Source: an uncultured Nitrospirota bacterium (GTDB lineage: Bacteria; CG2-30-53-67). Taken from it: DNA of 64,000 bases. Below are positions 1 through 10,812 of this stretch, piece after piece. A model generated the notes under the pieces. That model made no database searches. It saw only the letters and a program-made list of their open reading frames with translations, and was not told the origin of the DNA. The number at the start of each line of letters is the position of its first letter. Within the stretch, counting starts at the first letter, position 1. Made by a program: the position numbers and the translations under genes. The stretch is taken from the NCBI GenBank assembly GCA_945786985.1, contig CALZGC010000131.1, positions 946 through 64,945 on the forward strand, given 5' to 3'.

Positions 1-201
1 CACCACTTGCGGGTCGGCAATATCACCGCGCACAATTCGGTAGCGCGTGTCCTGGGCGATGTCCTCCAGATTCAGCAGGTTCCCCGCATAGGTCAGCAGA
101 TCCAGATTGACGATCTCATCACCGGGATGTTCCCGAAGGAAATACCGGATATAGTTGCTGCCAATGAAGCCGGCCCCTCCGGTCACCAGCACTTTTCTCA
201 T
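1..201 (-). CDS. rfbB: dTDP-glucose 4,6-dehydratase, 5' part only (runs off window start)
   Basis: Not in ORF track; hand translation from ATG at 201 gives MRKVLVTGGAGFIGSNYIRY...VNLDLLTYAGNL...VRGDIAD, the RmlB N-terminus; GGAGA RBS; next to rmlC. Confidence 0.92.
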   Translation of the reverse strand, partial: MRKVLVTGGAGFIGSNYIRYFLREHPGDEIVNLDLLTYAGNLLNLEDIAQDTRYRIVRGDIADPQVV

Positions 202-249
202 GATCTCTCCGCCTTCCGCCTCGGCCGCGCCCCGTTGGCGCCACCGGCC

Positions 250-705
250 TCACCCGTCTTGCCGGGACCAATCATAGGGGATGTCATTGTCGTAGGGATG
301 GACGCGGTACTCGTCGGGCTCGTCGTAATTATAGACCTCCGTGGGGCAGTTGATCACCAAGGCCTCTTCCGTACCAATGCCTTTGAACCCGTGATAAACC
401 CCCGCCGGGATCTGCAGGAGGAGCGGACGCCGGTCCCCCATGAAAAACTCGTTCACCTCCCCAAACGTACGCGATCCCTCCCGGTTGTCGTAGAGAACCA
501 CCTTCATCATGCCGCGGACCACCATGAAATTGTCTATCTGTTTCTTATGGTAATGCCAGCCTTTTACCACACCGGGATAGGCCGTGGTGAGATAGATCTG
601 ACCGAATTTAATAAAAAGGGGATCGTCACTTCGAAGCATCTCCATCAGGCGTCCCCGTTCATCGGGGATCATCTTCAGTTCCTTGGTCCTTACACCTTCG
701 ATCAT
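250..705 (-). CDS. rfbC: dTDP-4-dehydrorhamnose 3,5-epimerase family cupin
   Basis: DERG...GVVKGWHYH...IPAGVYHGF motifs; AAGGAGG RBS; upstream of rmlB. Confidence 0.88.
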   Translation of the reverse strand: MIEGVRTKELKMIPDERGRLMEMLRSDDPLFIKFGQIYLTTAYPGVVKGWHYHKKQIDNFMVVRGMMKVVLYDNREGSRTFGEVNEFFMGDRRPLLLQIPAGVYHGFKGIGTEEALVINCPTEVYNYDEPDEYRVHPYDNDIPYDWSRQDG

Positions 706-903
706 CGGTCCTCCTTATTCAGTGCGCGTAGGCCGCCGCACGAAGCGCGCCGTCGGCCTGGACAAACCCGGGAACGCCGGCACGCGCAACACAATTCTCT
801 TTCCGCAAGACGACGCAGTCCCACTCCGCCGGGCGCTGCCCCCCGATTGTTCTGTCAAGGTAACGTATCGATTCTATTGAGAATCAAGCCCGCAGATGCC
901 TTC

Positions 904-932
904 ATCATAATATGTTTTCACAGGTTCATCAA
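904..932 (-). promoter_or_regulatory. candidate sigma70 promoter for rmlC-rmlB
   Basis: minus strand TTGATG-N17-TATGAT in AT-rich intergenic DNA. Confidence 0.5.
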
Positions 933-969
933 CCTCTAATATGGCGGCCCTACGAACCTCGGTTCAGGC

Positions 970-3462
970 CTAAATCCCCGACGTACCGTTCAATAATTTG
1001 AGACGGAAAGACTTGATGGTGAAATAGAGATGGACCTCGTTGACCCGGTCGATCTCCAATTTCCCGGTCCGGTCGTTCAGAACGGAATCATCAAAGCGCT
1101 GTCCACTCAGGGCGATCCCCCAGCATCGGGTTTCATAGCCCACATGGAAGGAGAGATCATCTCCCGTATCCTCATTGGCATTGAAATAGCCCGAAAATCC
1201 CGCCGAAATTTTTTCTGTGGGCTGCCAGTTCAGGCTGGTCGTCCAGAAAGAGATGCCGTCGTTGTCGAGTGCGTTCACCGTAGAGACGGCCCCGATGACA
1301 CGGGCCGTGCCGGTTCCCGTCGGTCGATTGGGATCGACCGGTATGGTTCGCGTGAAACGCCGGCCCAGCTGAACGGACAAGATATCCTGCCAACGATAGG
1401 TAAGATCAACATTGAGGCTCTGGAAACGGTCCGTCACGAAATCGTAATCGGCGTTGGCCTCCAGGTACAGGCCGTCGCGTAAATTCAGATCCATCTCCCC
1501 GCTGAGACGGCGCAGTCGCTGCGCGGCTCGCAACCGATCATACAAGGCGTCCAACTTGACGGTCAGTACCTCCCGCCGCTGCATCGCGGGGATGGTCTCC
1601 AGACCCGAATCCCTTTCCGGGCGGCCGGTGAGAACCAGACGGTTGATCAGCTTCAGGTGCACGGCGTCGACAGGATCCATCCGGTCGATCTCATCATAAA
1701 TGGGAATGTCTGCCTGCCCCTGTCGGGGACGATAGGCATAGGAAAGTCTTGGTTCCACAATGTGGCGAAGTCCTCTGCCCTCTCCGATGCGGAAATCCCG
1801 ATGCATCCGTGACGCCAGATCGAACCCGGCATGCAGCACGCCCCGTTCGACCGAATCGTCCTGCAGCGCCCCGCGACTGTAAAGAGTTCCCCGATAACCC
1901 ACCGAGGGGGTGAAAACCAGGAAGCTCGTCAGGTCCAGCGGAAGGGAGAGTCCGGGAAACAGGTCGAGACGCTGTCCGTCAATGCCCTGATGCCTCAGGG
2001 CAAGATCCTCATCCAGTCCGGCATCAACAAGCCGTTGCGTCCGGGCAACCTGTTCCGGCGTGGTCGGGCTCAGGCGCATGGGGTCCGATGAGATGTCCGC
2101 ACTGAAGTTGCTCGCGTAATCCTCGCGACGATGAAAATTGAGGATGCTAGATTCCAGCGAGTAAAACCAGTTGGACATCCCAAGGCGCGCCGGTGGCAGA
2201 TCCATCCGGATCTCCGGAAGACTCTGGAGGGTCGTCGTGCTGCTGCGCTGCCCCAGTTCCTGATAATAACGGACGTCCAGCCCCAGATTTCCGCCGGCCC
2301 AGCGTTTGACCAGGGTCAGATCGGACTGGCCGTTGTTCTGCACTCGCGCCTCCGACGCGAGCGAAAAATCATTCAGATATAGACCGTCACTGAACACGTC
2401 CATGAAGAGCCCGCCATAGAGCCGGTCCCCAAGATTGTGATAATGGGTGGCACCCATCTCCCAACGGTCCTGATTCATGTCGAGCCGGCTTCCGTTGCGG
2501 TCGGCATTCCGGTCGTGGATATAGCGGCCGAAGAGCACGCCGCCGATGGCCCGGTTGATGGCATAACGGTACTCCAGGCCGAAACGGTTTCCGTTGTCCT
2601 CCAGGTACTCATAGGTCATGGTCGCATCGCGACTGGCACTGAGGGCCCGGAAGTAGTCCAGCCGGATGGAGGCACCGTTGCGCCCGCCCTCGCCGAAGAG
2701 GGGCGGGAGAAACCCGCTCTGCCGGGCAGTCTTGATCGGATAAACAAAGTAGGGAGAATATAGAACCGGCACACCCCCCAGGCGAAGCGTCACCCCCCGG
2801 GCTGTCACATATTCCCCCTCTCGGACATGCATGGTCCGGCCCCGAAGCTCCCACAGAGGCCGCTCCCTGCCACACTCCGAGATCGTCCCTTGCTCCACCC
2901 GGTAGCTTTCATCACCGACCCGGTCGACCTTCTCGCCCGTCAGGGTGTAGCCCTTGTAATTGTCCATGGCTGCCCGGAAGAACGTCCCCGAAAGAGTGCG
3001 CACATTCCCCTCGACACGCTCACAGACGACGGTCCCCTCCTCATTCGTCAGGACGACATTTCCCTCGGCAACGAAATCTCCCGTCAGCTCAGAGTATTCG
3101 ACAGAATCACAGGTCAGATCCATCAGGCCCGAAGCCATCCGCACATTCCCTTCGGCCACGAAGAGCTGCCGCTCGTGGTCGAAATGGAATCGGTCCGCCT
3201 CAACACTCAACGCCTCCCCCCACTCAAAGGAAACCGCCCAGGTGCAGTCCGTCGGGAGGATCAGCATCAGACAGAGCAGTGCGGTGGCCCACAGCCCAAC
3301 CGGAAGCGGGGCGCATTCGCGGGACCACTGCTTTGCCGACTCAGGGGACCGGGACATTGCTTCGGCCACAGTCATGCCCTGGGAATTTCCGGCAAGGATA
3401 TGCAGCGCCCGCGGGAGATGGCCGAGGGCGCGGGACGGATCGTTTTGGTGCAGCGCAGGCAA
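970..3462 (-). CDS. lptD: LPS assembly outer membrane protein LptD (true start may be downstream)
   Basis: N-terminal OstA-like beta-jellyroll (AEGNV repeats), RQSGFLPP motif, long beta-barrel region; follows folC. Confidence 0.85.
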   Translation of the reverse strand: MPALHQNDPSRALGHLPRALHILAGNSQGMTVAEAMSRSPESAKQWSRECAPLPVGLWATALLCLMLILPTDCTWAVSFEWGEALSVEADRFHFDHERQLFVAEGNVRMASGLMDLTCDSVEYSELTGDFVAEGNVVLTNEEGTVVCERVEGNVRTLSGTFFRAAMDNYKGYTLTGEKVDRVGDESYRVEQGTISECGRERPLWELRGRTMHVREGEYVTARGVTLRLGGVPVLYSPYFVYPIKTARQSGFLPPLFGEGGRNGASIRLDYFRALSASRDATMTYEYLEDNGNRFGLEYRYAINRAIGGVLFGRYIHDRNADRNGSRLDMNQDRWEMGATHYHNLGDRLYGGLFMDVFSDGLYLNDFSLASEARVQNNGQSDLTLVKRWAGGNLGLDVRYYQELGQRSSTTTLQSLPEIRMDLPPARLGMSNWFYSLESSILNFHRREDYASNFSADISSDPMRLSPTTPEQVARTQRLVDAGLDEDLALRHQGIDGQRLDLFPGLSLPLDLTSFLVFTPSVGYRGTLYSRGALQDDSVERGVLHAGFDLASRMHRDFRIGEGRGLRHIVEPRLSYAYRPRQGQADIPIYDEIDRMDPVDAVHLKLINRLVLTGRPERDSGLETIPAMQRREVLTVKLDALYDRLRAAQRLRRLSGEMDLNLRDGLYLEANADYDFVTDRFQSLNVDLTYRWQDILSVQLGRRFTRTIPVDPNRPTGTGTARVIGAVSTVNALDNDGISFWTTSLNWQPTEKISAGFSGYFNANEDTGDDLSFHVGYETRCWGIALSGQRFDDSVLNDRTGKLEIDRVNEVHLYFTIKSFRLKLLNGTSGI

Positions 3463-3466
3463 GGGC

Positions 3467-4783
3467 TCAACTCCACTGAAAAGAGAAATTCTCCTGTGAT
3501 AAGATGTAGTCTCGCGCTTCTCCGACGGTATAGAGTGACCCGGTAATCACAATCAGATCGCCCCTGCGATAAAGGGACAGGGCCTTCACCACCGCCTCGG
3601 GAATATGCTCACAGACGTGCAGTGCTTGACGCAGCGCGGGGATTCTCCGGGCCAACCGATGGGGGTCTTCACCGCGTACATAGGCCGGTCGCGTTAGTAT
3701 CAGTTGATCCGCCAGCGGGAGCAAATGCTCTGCCACGGCAGCAATGTCTTTATCCTGAAGAATGCCCAGGACGAGCGTAAGGCGATCGAAAGACAGATCA
3801 TTCTCCAGCGCCCGCCGCAGGGCTTGCGCAGCATGGGGATTGTGAGCGCCATCCAGGAGAATCCGAGGCGCCGTCGAAATCATTTCCAGTCGCCCGGGCC
3901 AACGGGCAGCAGCCAAACCGCGTCGTACCGCGTCCTCGGGAATCTGCGCACCGTTTGCGATCAAACCTTCCACGACACCCAGCGCCAGCGTCGCATTCTC
4001 GACCTGGTAATCTCCGAGCATGTCGATCCTCAGCCCGGACCAGCGGATGCCCCGCCCCAAGTAATCGAAACACCGGGAGCCATCCCCGCCTTGCAACACA
4101 ACGGACTCCGCCCGGATCTCGCCACCCACACGGACAAGTCGGCTTCCCCGTTGCACACACAGCTCTCGCAGAACGTCCAGGGCCTCCGGCACCGCTGCGG
4201 CCGTCAGCACACCCACACCGGGTTTGATGATCCCCCCCTTTTCCCGAGCGATCTGCTCCAGTGTGTCGCCCAGGTGATCGGTGTGCTCCATGGCCACATT
4301 GGTAATAACCGAGAAAAGGGGATTTAACAGATTCGTCGCATCCAGACGCCCGCCGAGCCCCGTCTCCACCACAGCATAGTCGACCTGCTGTTCGCCAAAA
4401 TAGGCGAAGGCCATGGCCGTGGTCACCTCGAAATAGGTGGGCGCCACCGTTTCCGGTGCCGACCGGATGATGGCCCGGAGCCGCTCGGCCAAAGTCGCCA
4501 CCTGTTCCTCGGTGATTTCAACACCGGATATTTTGATCCGCTCAGTGAATCGGCTCAGATGGGGAGAGGTGTAAAGGCCGGTACGGAAACCTGCCTCCTG
4601 CAGCATCGAGGCCAGGAAGGTGGCCGTGGATCCCTTGCCGTTGGTGCCGGCAATATGGATCGACGGGAAGCGCCGGTGGGGATCCCCCATTTGCTGCATG
4701 AGCCAGCGGATGCGGTCCAACCCGAGGATGACGCCGTGCGAGTCCAGGCCTGCCAGCCAGGCCATGGCATCATCCATGTTCAT
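3467..4783 (-). CDS. folC: folylpolyglutamate synthase/dihydrofolate synthase
   Basis: HIAGTNGKGST, YTSPHL, ETGLGGRLDATN, WPGRLE, LDGAHN, GSLY motifs; overlaps accD stop. Confidence 0.97.
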   Translation of the reverse strand: MNMDDAMAWLAGLDSHGVILGLDRIRWLMQQMGDPHRRFPSIHIAGTNGKGSTATFLASMLQEAGFRTGLYTSPHLSRFTERIKISGVEITEEQVATLAERLRAIIRSAPETVAPTYFEVTTAMAFAYFGEQQVDYAVVETGLGGRLDATNLLNPLFSVITNVAMEHTDHLGDTLEQIAREKGGIIKPGVGVLTAAAVPEALDVLRELCVQRGSRLVRVGGEIRAESVVLQGGDGSRCFDYLGRGIRWSGLRIDMLGDYQVENATLALGVVEGLIANGAQIPEDAVRRGLAAARWPGRLEMISTAPRILLDGAHNPHAAQALRRALENDLSFDRLTLVLGILQDKDIAAVAEHLLPLADQLILTRPAYVRGEDPHRLARRIPALRQALHVCEHIPEAVVKALSLYRRGDLIVITGSLYTVGEARDYILSQENFSFQWS

Positions 4784-5621
4784 TGCGAAAAAAACGAATG
4801 AGACCGGCCAGCGTCTTCTTCATGTCCCGCCGCTCCACGATCATGTCAACCATTCCCTTTTCCAGCAGGAACTCGGCGCGCTGAAAACCGTCGGGGAGTT
4901 TTTCCCGGATGGTCTGCTCGATGACGCGAGGACCGGCAAACCCGATCAGGGCTTTGGGCTCAGCGATGATGATGTCCCCCAGCATGGCAAAACTTGCCGT
5001 CACACCGCCGAAGGTGGGGTCCGTGAGTACTGAGAAGAAGGGAACGCCCGCCTCGCCCAACTTGGACACCGCCGCACTGGTCTTGGCCATCTGCATCAGG
5101 GAAATAATTCCCTCCTGCATTCTGGCCCCGCCGGACGACGAGAAAGAGATGAAGGGCACCTTCAGGGCCAGTGATTTCTCGATGCCCCGAACAATCTTCT
5201 CACCGACGACCGACCCCATGCTCCCCCCCATGAAACGGAAGTCAAAAACCGCCAGAATCGCCGGGAGGCCCTCAATCCTGGCCTCCCCGGACACCAGGGC
5301 GTCCCGCCGCCCCGTAAGGTTTTCACCCTCCTTCAACCGGTCCCGGTATTTTCTGGAGTCTTTAAAGTGCAGAGGGTCCGTGGAAACAAGATCGGCGTCT
5401 GCTTCCTGGAAACTCCCTTCGTCCGCCACGATGCGGACCCGTTCATCGGCACTGATTCGGAAATGGTAGTTACATTTGGGGCAGACCCGGAAGTTCTTGT
5501 CGATCTCCTTCTTGTAGACAATCTCCTTGCAGTTCTGGCACTTCTCCCACATCCCCTCGGCGACCATGACCTTCCTGGGAGAAAAGGACGGCTTGATCTT
5601 CTTCTTCTTGAACCACTCCAT
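4770..5621 (-). CDS. accD: acetyl-CoA carboxylase carboxyltransferase beta subunit
   Basis: Zn finger CQNC...CPKC, FMGGSMGSVVGEK, SGGARMQEG, GFAGPRVIEQT. Confidence 0.98.
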   Translation of the reverse strand: MEWFKKKKIKPSFSPRKVMVAEGMWEKCQNCKEIVYKKEIDKNFRVCPKCNYHFRISADERVRIVADEGSFQEADADLVSTDPLHFKDSRKYRDRLKEGENLTGRRDALVSGEARIEGLPAILAVFDFRFMGGSMGSVVGEKIVRGIEKSLALKVPFISFSSSGGARMQEGIISLMQMAKTSAAVSKLGEAGVPFFSVLTDPTFGGVTASFAMLGDIIIAEPKALIGFAGPRVIEQTIREKLPDGFQRAEFLLEKGMVDMIVERRDMKKTLAGLIRFFRNEHG

Positions 5622-5635
5622 AGGGGCCGGACCTT

Positions 5636-6400
5636 TTACAGTTGAATAATGTCGCCTTCCTGAAGGACGTGCAGCCGACCCCCCAGTTCCAGCCGCAGCT
5701 CGTCGACAATGGCCTGTTCGTAATTCGGTTTCATATGGAAAATATAGACGGGGACTTCCGGCCGGTTCAACTTGCGCAGATCCTGCAGCAGCATGGAGGG
5801 CGTCATGTGACCGCTCACCTCGGCAATATGCTTCATCCCTTCAGGAAAGGAGGCCTCGATCAGAACCGCAGAGAGTTCGGGAACATTCCTGGCCGCCTCC
5901 CAGATCGCCTCGGTAGCGCATGTATCGCCCGTGTACAGCAGCGCCCTGCCCTGCTTTCGCAACAAGAGTCCCACCGAAGGGATCACATGGCTGACAGCAT
6001 GGGGCGTGATTTGAAAATCGCCGATCTGTGTGCACTCGCCCGGCCGGAGCCTCTCGAAGCGAAGCAGCGGCGTCTTGCCGTTGAAGATCCGTGTGAAATC
6101 GGGCCAGATGGAATCATTGAAGAGGTGCTGCCGGAGATCTTCCAGGACCCGGTCGATTGCAAATACCGTGATCGATCGATCGGTCTCACCGATGCGGTTG
6201 TCCACCAGAAAGGGGAGGTCCTTAATATGATCGAGATGCGCATGACTGATGATCACATTGTCTATCTTGCGCTGCCGCTCCAGTGTCAGCACGGACGCCG
6301 CCGTGCCAGCCTCCAGCAGGAGCTCATCATCGATCAGAAAGCCGACCGTCCTGGTCGTCAGGGTCTCTGACCCATGACACCCAAGCACCTCAAGTCTCAT
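5636..6400 (-). CDS. class II 3',5'-cyclic-nucleotide phosphodiesterase (MBL fold)
   Basis: LEVLGCHG, SHAHLDHIKDL, HLFNDSIWPDF, YTGDT, IEASFP, GHMTP, FHMKP motifs; GAGGAGG RBS. Confidence 0.82.
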   Translation of the reverse strand: MRLEVLGCHGSETLTTRTVGFLIDDELLLEAGTAASVLTLERQRKIDNVIISHAHLDHIKDLPFLVDNRIGETDRSITVFAIDRVLEDLRQHLFNDSIWPDFTRIFNGKTPLLRFERLRPGECTQIGDFQITPHAVSHVIPSVGLLLRKQGRALLYTGDTCATEAIWEAARNVPELSAVLIEASFPEGMKHIAEVSGHMTPSMLLQDLRKLNRPEVPVYIFHMKPNYEQAIVDELRLELGGRLHVLQEGDIIQL

Positions 6401-6543
6401 CGGAAGACCTCCTCTTTGTCCAGCGGATCATCCGGGCGGCGGCGCAGCGGCCGGCGCCTCGGTCTGCCCCTGGGTGCATTCGGCCCTGCCCTCTGCAGCC
6501 GGGCGGGGTCCTCTCTTGCAGAAAAGCGCAGCCACCCGTTGCC

Positions 6544-7239
6544 TCAGGTCAGACCGCCGAACTGATCTTTCATTTCAAGAAAACGGGCAAACTTCTCCAG
6601 AGCCTCCATGCGTAAGATGGAAACCCGCCCTTCCACCGCCCGAACCATCTTGGCCGCAGCCAGTTTCTTCAGAACCTCTTCCAATTGCCGCTCCGAGATG
6701 CCGGCACCGGTCGCCAGGTCCTCTCTCGGATAATCCATGACGAACTCCCCGGAGGCGGACGCTCCTCGCTCCCGAGCCAGCCGCCTCAGCAAATTCACAA
6801 CACGGCTTACGTTGTCTTTCAGCAGAAGGTTCTCGATCTGATTGTTGGCTTCCTGAAGACGGGCGGCCAGTTTTTTGATGACCCGCACGGAAATTTCCCC
6901 GTTCGTCCGAATCATGCTTTCAAACGTTTCCCGGTCAATGATGAGAATCTTGCAGTCTTCAATGACAGTGGCCGTCGCCGAACGGGGCCGGCTGTTCAGA
7001 ATGGCCATTTCACCGAAGAATTCCCCCTTACCGAGAACCACCAGGGTTTTTTCGACATGGCGCACCCGTTTGCTGATGCGAACCTTCCCGGAAAGAACGA
7101 TGTACATCTCCTGACCGGGGTCGCCCTCGTAAAAGAGGACCGTCCCCCTCGGGATAATCTCGCCATACTTGTCAAACAGATGGCTGACGCCGAGGGATTC
7201 CCGAGCAAGATCGAGTGAGCCTTCCGTTTCCAGAGTCAT
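6544..7239 (-). CDS. Crp/Fnr family cNMP-binding protein with C-terminal HTH-like domain
   Basis: EGDPG-EMYIVLSGKV, GEFFGEMAIL..PRSATA phosphate-binding cassette; REDLATGAGIS HTH-like segment. Confidence 0.9.
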   Translation of the reverse strand: MTLETEGSLDLARESLGVSHLFDKYGEIIPRGTVLFYEGDPGQEMYIVLSGKVRISKRVRHVEKTLVVLGKGEFFGEMAILNSRPRSATATVIEDCKILIIDRETFESMIRTNGEISVRVIKKLAARLQEANNQIENLLLKDNVSRVVNLLRRLARERGASASGEFVMDYPREDLATGAGISERQLEEVLKKLAAAKMVRAVEGRVSILRMEALEKFARFLEMKDQFGGLT

Positions 7240-7252
7240 GTCTGCCCTCTCC

Positions 7253-8056
7253 TCAATGCTTATGGATGATTGCCGCCCGCAGACTTCGAATGAACGCGCC
7301 GACCTGTCGCGGGCACTCGGGGTCGCCCAATCTCTCCTCCATGAGGCCTACTAAAGCGCTACCGACGATCACCCCATCGGCAAAGCGGCTCACAGCCCGC
7401 ACCTGCTCCGGTGAGGAAATGCCGAACCCGACGCAGACCGGCTGGTTCGTGATCTGGCGAACCCCCTGCACCGCCGCCTCCACGCCGGCAGGTAGTTCCC
7501 CTCTGGCACCAGTCACGCCCGCGAGAGAGACATAATAGATGAACCCGCGGCTTACTTCGGAGACACGGCGGACCCGCTCCGGCGTGCTCGTCGGGGCAAG
7601 GAGAAAAACGGTGTCCAGATCGACCGCCCGAGCCGCCTCGATGAGCCCGTCGGCCTCCTCCGGAGGCAGGTCCGGGACGATCAATCCATCGGCGCCCGCC
7701 TCTCGGGCCCCTTCGGCAAAGCGCGCCACGCCGTGCCGGTAAATGGGATTGTAATACCCCATGAGCACCACGGGCACGGCCACATTCCTGCGGAACTCCC
7801 GGAGAAACCCGAGAATGCCCTTGACCGTGATACCGCCGGCCAATGCCCGCTGGGACGCCCGCTGGATGGTGGGGCCGTCGGCCAAAGGGTCGGAAAAAGG
7901 CATTCCCAACTCAATCAGGTCGGCGCCGTTCTCGGCCATCTCAACCAGACACCGCCCCGTCAAGTCAAGCGACGGATCCCCCGCAGTGACAAAAGGCATC
8001 AGCGCCGCCCGGCCCTCCTGCCGGAGCCGAAGAAAGACATCATCGATTCTGCTCAA
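7253..8056 (-). CDS. trpA: tryptophan synthase alpha chain
   Basis: PFVTAGDP, ELGMPFSDPLADGPTIQ, GYYNP, VPDLPPEE, GFGIS motifs; TTG start. Confidence 0.98.
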   Translation of the reverse strand: MSRIDDVFLRLRQEGRAALMPFVTAGDPSLDLTGRCLVEMAENGADLIELGMPFSDPLADGPTIQRASQRALAGGITVKGILGFLREFRRNVAVPVVLMGYYNPIYRHGVARFAEGAREAGADGLIVPDLPPEEADGLIEAARAVDLDTVFLLAPTSTPERVRRVSEVSRGFIYYVSLAGVTGARGELPAGVEAAVQGVRQITNQPVCVGFGISSPEQVRAVSRFADGVIVGSALVGLMEERLGDPECPRQVGAFIRSLRAAIIHKH

Positions 8057-8070
8057 CCGATGCTCCCCAT

Positions 8071-9276
8071 CTAGAAACTCCCCCGCTTCTTCAAAATGTC
8101 AGCCACCTGATTCACATCCTTGTCACCCCGGCCGGAAAGGTTCAACACAACAACGTCATCGGTCCCCGTATGGGGGATCAGCTTTGTCAAATAAGCAATG
8201 GCGTGGGCGCTTTCGAGCGCGGGGATAATCCCTTCCGTTTGGGAAAGGAGCTTGAAGCCCTCCAAGGCCTCCTCATCGGTCACCGAAACGTATTCGGCCC
8301 GCCCCGAGGCATGGTAAAAGGCATGCTCCGGACCGACCCCAGGATAGTCCAGCCCCGCCGAAATCGAGTGTGCCGGTGTCACTTGACCGTCTTCGCTCTG
8401 CAGCAGATAGCTCAAGCTTCCGTGCAGGACGCCCTTCTCGCCTGCCGTAATAGACGCAGCATGCTGACCGGTCTCCAGGCCGAAGCCGGCGGCCTCTACG
8501 CCGATCATCCGGACCGCGGCATCCTCGACGAAGGGGTGAAACAAGCCGATGGCGTTACTGCCGCCCCCGACACAGGCCACCAGAATATCCGGCGCTCTGC
8601 CCTCCGCCGCCAGCATCTGTTCGCGCGTCTCCCGGCCGATGACCGACTGGAAATCCCGCACCAGCATGGGGTAGGGGTGGGGTCCAACCACGGAGCCGAT
8701 GATGTAATGGGTGTCAGCCACTTGGGTCACCCAGTCCCGAATCGCTTCGTTGCAGGCATCCTTCAGGGTTTTCGTGCCGCTGCTCACGGGGGTCACCGTC
8801 GCCCCCAGCAGACGCATGCGAAACACGTTGAGGGCCTGCCGCTCGATGTCCTCTTCGCCCATGAAGATCTCACAAGCCAGGCCGAACATGGCAGCCGCCG
8901 TGGCCGTGGCCACGCCGTGCTGCCCGGCGCCGGTTTCCGCAATAATTCGCTTCTTGCCCATCCGACGGGCCATCAGAATTTGACCAATGGCGTTGTTGAT
9001 CTTGTGTGCGCCCGTGTGATTGAGGTCTTCCCGCTTCAGGTAGATCCGGGCACCCCCCAGCCGCTTCGTCAGGCGTTCCGCCAGATAGAGCGCCGTGGGC
9101 CGCCCCACATAGTCCCGCAGATAAGCGTTGAACTCCTCTTCGAACGCGGGGTCCTGACGGACCCTGTCGAACTCTCTCGTGAGTTCGTTCAGAGCCGGCA
9201 TCAGGGTCTCCGGCACAAACCGGCCGCCGAACTCCTGAAAATGTCCTCGGGTGTCTGGAAGTCTCATGAACCTCAT
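8071..9276 (-). CDS. trpB: tryptophan synthase beta chain
   Basis: [49 protein letters not shown]. Confidence 0.99.
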   Translation of the reverse strand: MRFMRLPDTRGHFQEFGGRFVPETLMPALNELTREFDRVRQDPAFEEEFNAYLRDYVGRPTALYLAERLTKRLGGARIYLKREDLNHTGAHKINNAIGQILMARRMGKKRIIAETGAGQHGVATATAAAMFGLACEIFMGEEDIERQALNVFRMRLLGATVTPVSSGTKTLKDACNEAIRDWVTQVADTHYIIGSVVGPHPYPMLVRDFQSVIGRETREQMLAAEGRAPDILVACVGGGSNAIGLFHPFVEDAAVRMIGVEAAGFGLETGQHAASITAGEKGVLHGSLSYLLQSEDGQVTPAHSISAGLDYPGVGPEHAFYHASGRAEYVSVTDEEALEGFKLLSQTEGIIPALESAHAIAYLTKLIPHTGTDDVVVLNLSGRGDKDVNQVADILKKRGSF

Positions 9277-9911
9277 TCCTTGGGAGAAATCATTGCGTCG
9301 GCCCGCCGGACAGCCTGCAGGAATCGCCGCAATTTACGCGGATCCTTACTGCCGGGGGCCCGTTCCACGCCGGAGCTGACATCGACCCCGTAGGGCCGAA
9401 CCTCGGCGATGGCCCGGCCGACATTTTCGGGGGTCAGCCCCCCCGCCAGCAGCACCGGCTTGAGGGCCACGGCGCTGCGCGCCAGCGACCAGTCAAAGGC
9501 TTCCCCCGTGCCCCCGTAGCCCTTCTCCGAGTAACTGTCCAGCAGATACCCCGAGACATCATAGCGTTTCATCTCATCCAGGACGGAGACATCCCGCATA
9601 CGAAAAGCCTTCACCACTCGGCTCGTGAACCAATCACAGTATTCGGGCGTCTCGCTGCCGTGAAACTGAAGAAGCCCCAGATAGCAGTATGTCTCAATCT
9701 CCCGCACGATCTTAATCTGCTCGTCCACGAACACACCGACAACCGTTACCAATGGGGGGAGCAGCCGGATGATTTCCCGTGCCACATCGGGATCGAGATA
9801 GCGGGGGCTCTTCGGGTAAAAGATGAACCCCAGGGCGTCGGCCCCGGCTTCAACGGCGCACAGGGCATCGTCCAGACTGGTGATCCCGCAAACCTTGACC
9901 CGGGTCTTCAC
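9273..9911 (-). CDS. trpF: phosphoribosylanthranilate isomerase
   Basis: [33 protein letters not shown]. Confidence 0.97.
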   Translation of the reverse strand: MKTRVKVCGITSLDDALCAVEAGADALGFIFYPKSPRYLDPDVAREIIRLLPPLVTVVGVFVDEQIKIVREIETYCYLGLLQFHGSETPEYCDWFTSRVVKAFRMRDVSVLDEMKRYDVSGYLLDSYSEKGYGGTGEAFDWSLARSAVALKPVLLAGGLTPENVGRAIAEVRPYGVDVSSGVERAPGSKDPRKLRRFLQAVRRADAMISPKE

Positions 9912-10699
9912 CTCACGCTCCTGTAGTGGAGCAGTTCCCTCAGTTTCTCCCCTGGATCGGGGACGCGCATCAGCGCCTCTCCGACGAGCACCGCGTCGAC
10001 CCGGTCCGCCAAGCGCGCCATATCGCGCGGCTCCCGGATCCCGCTTTCACTGACCACCACCCGGTCCGACGAAATGCCCCCCACCAGGGCCAGGGTCGTT
10101 TGCAGATCGGTCACAAAGGTCTTCAGGTTACGGTTGTTTATGCCGATCACCTCGGCAGACGAGGCGACGGCCCGCGCCAGTTCCTCGGCCGTGTGCACCT
10201 CTACCAGCGCCGTCATGCCCAGGTCCCGTCCCAATCCGATGAGCGACTCGAGCCGGGCGTCGTCGAGGAGGGAGACGATCAGCAGAAAGGCATCGGCTCC
10301 CAGAACACGCGCCTCCACCACCTGGTAGGGCTCCAGCATAAAATCCTTCCGCAGCAGCGGGAGCGTTACCGCCTCACCGATCCGGGTCAGATAGCTGGGA
10401 TGCCCCTGGAAAAAGTCTTCCTCCGTCAGGACGGAAATGGCCGATGCGCCGGCGGCCGCATACTGGCGAGCAATATCCACCGGATCCATGTCGGTGCGGA
10501 TGATGCCTTTGGAGGGGGACGCCTTTTTGACTTCGGCGATCACCCTGATCAGACCACCCGTCTCACGCCGGATACTCGCCGTAAAGTCGCGCACTGAGCG
10601 GCTGTCGCTGACTCTCTCCTGCAGAGCCTCCAAGGGAAGCACCTTCTTCCGTTCGGCCACTCTTCGCGCAACTACCTGAACTATATCATCTAGAATCAA
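9908..10699 (-). CDS. trpC: indole-3-glycerol phosphate synthase
   Basis: IAEVKKASPSKG, SVLTE, LRKDF, GINNRNL, SESGI, LVGEALM. Confidence 0.98.
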   Translation of the reverse strand: MILDDIVQVVARRVAERKKVLPLEALQERVSDSRSVRDFTASIRRETGGLIRVIAEVKKASPSKGIIRTDMDPVDIARQYAAAGASAISVLTEEDFFQGHPSYLTRIGEAVTLPLLRKDFMLEPYQVVEARVLGADAFLLIVSLLDDARLESLIGLGRDLGMTALVEVHTAEELARAVASSAEVIGINNRNLKTFVTDLQTTLALVGGISSDRVVVSESGIREPRDMARLADRVDAVLVGEALMRVPDPGEKLRELLHYRSVR

Positions 10700-10812
10700 G
10701 GCTTACAAACCCTTTTTGACTCGGCAGCCCGGCGGACGAAGCCGCTGTTCACATACTGAAACACGACAGATCAACGCCTGTCATCGCGCCCTGGAAAGCA
10801 CCGGACACAGCC

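Noticed and set aside
7..939. 310-aa plus-strand ORF
   Set aside because: Antisense shadow of rmlC and rmlB; no motifs
8170..9393. 407-aa plus-strand ORF and similar ORFs across the trp operon
   Set aside because: Antisense to conserved trp genes; expected from GC-rich codon bias
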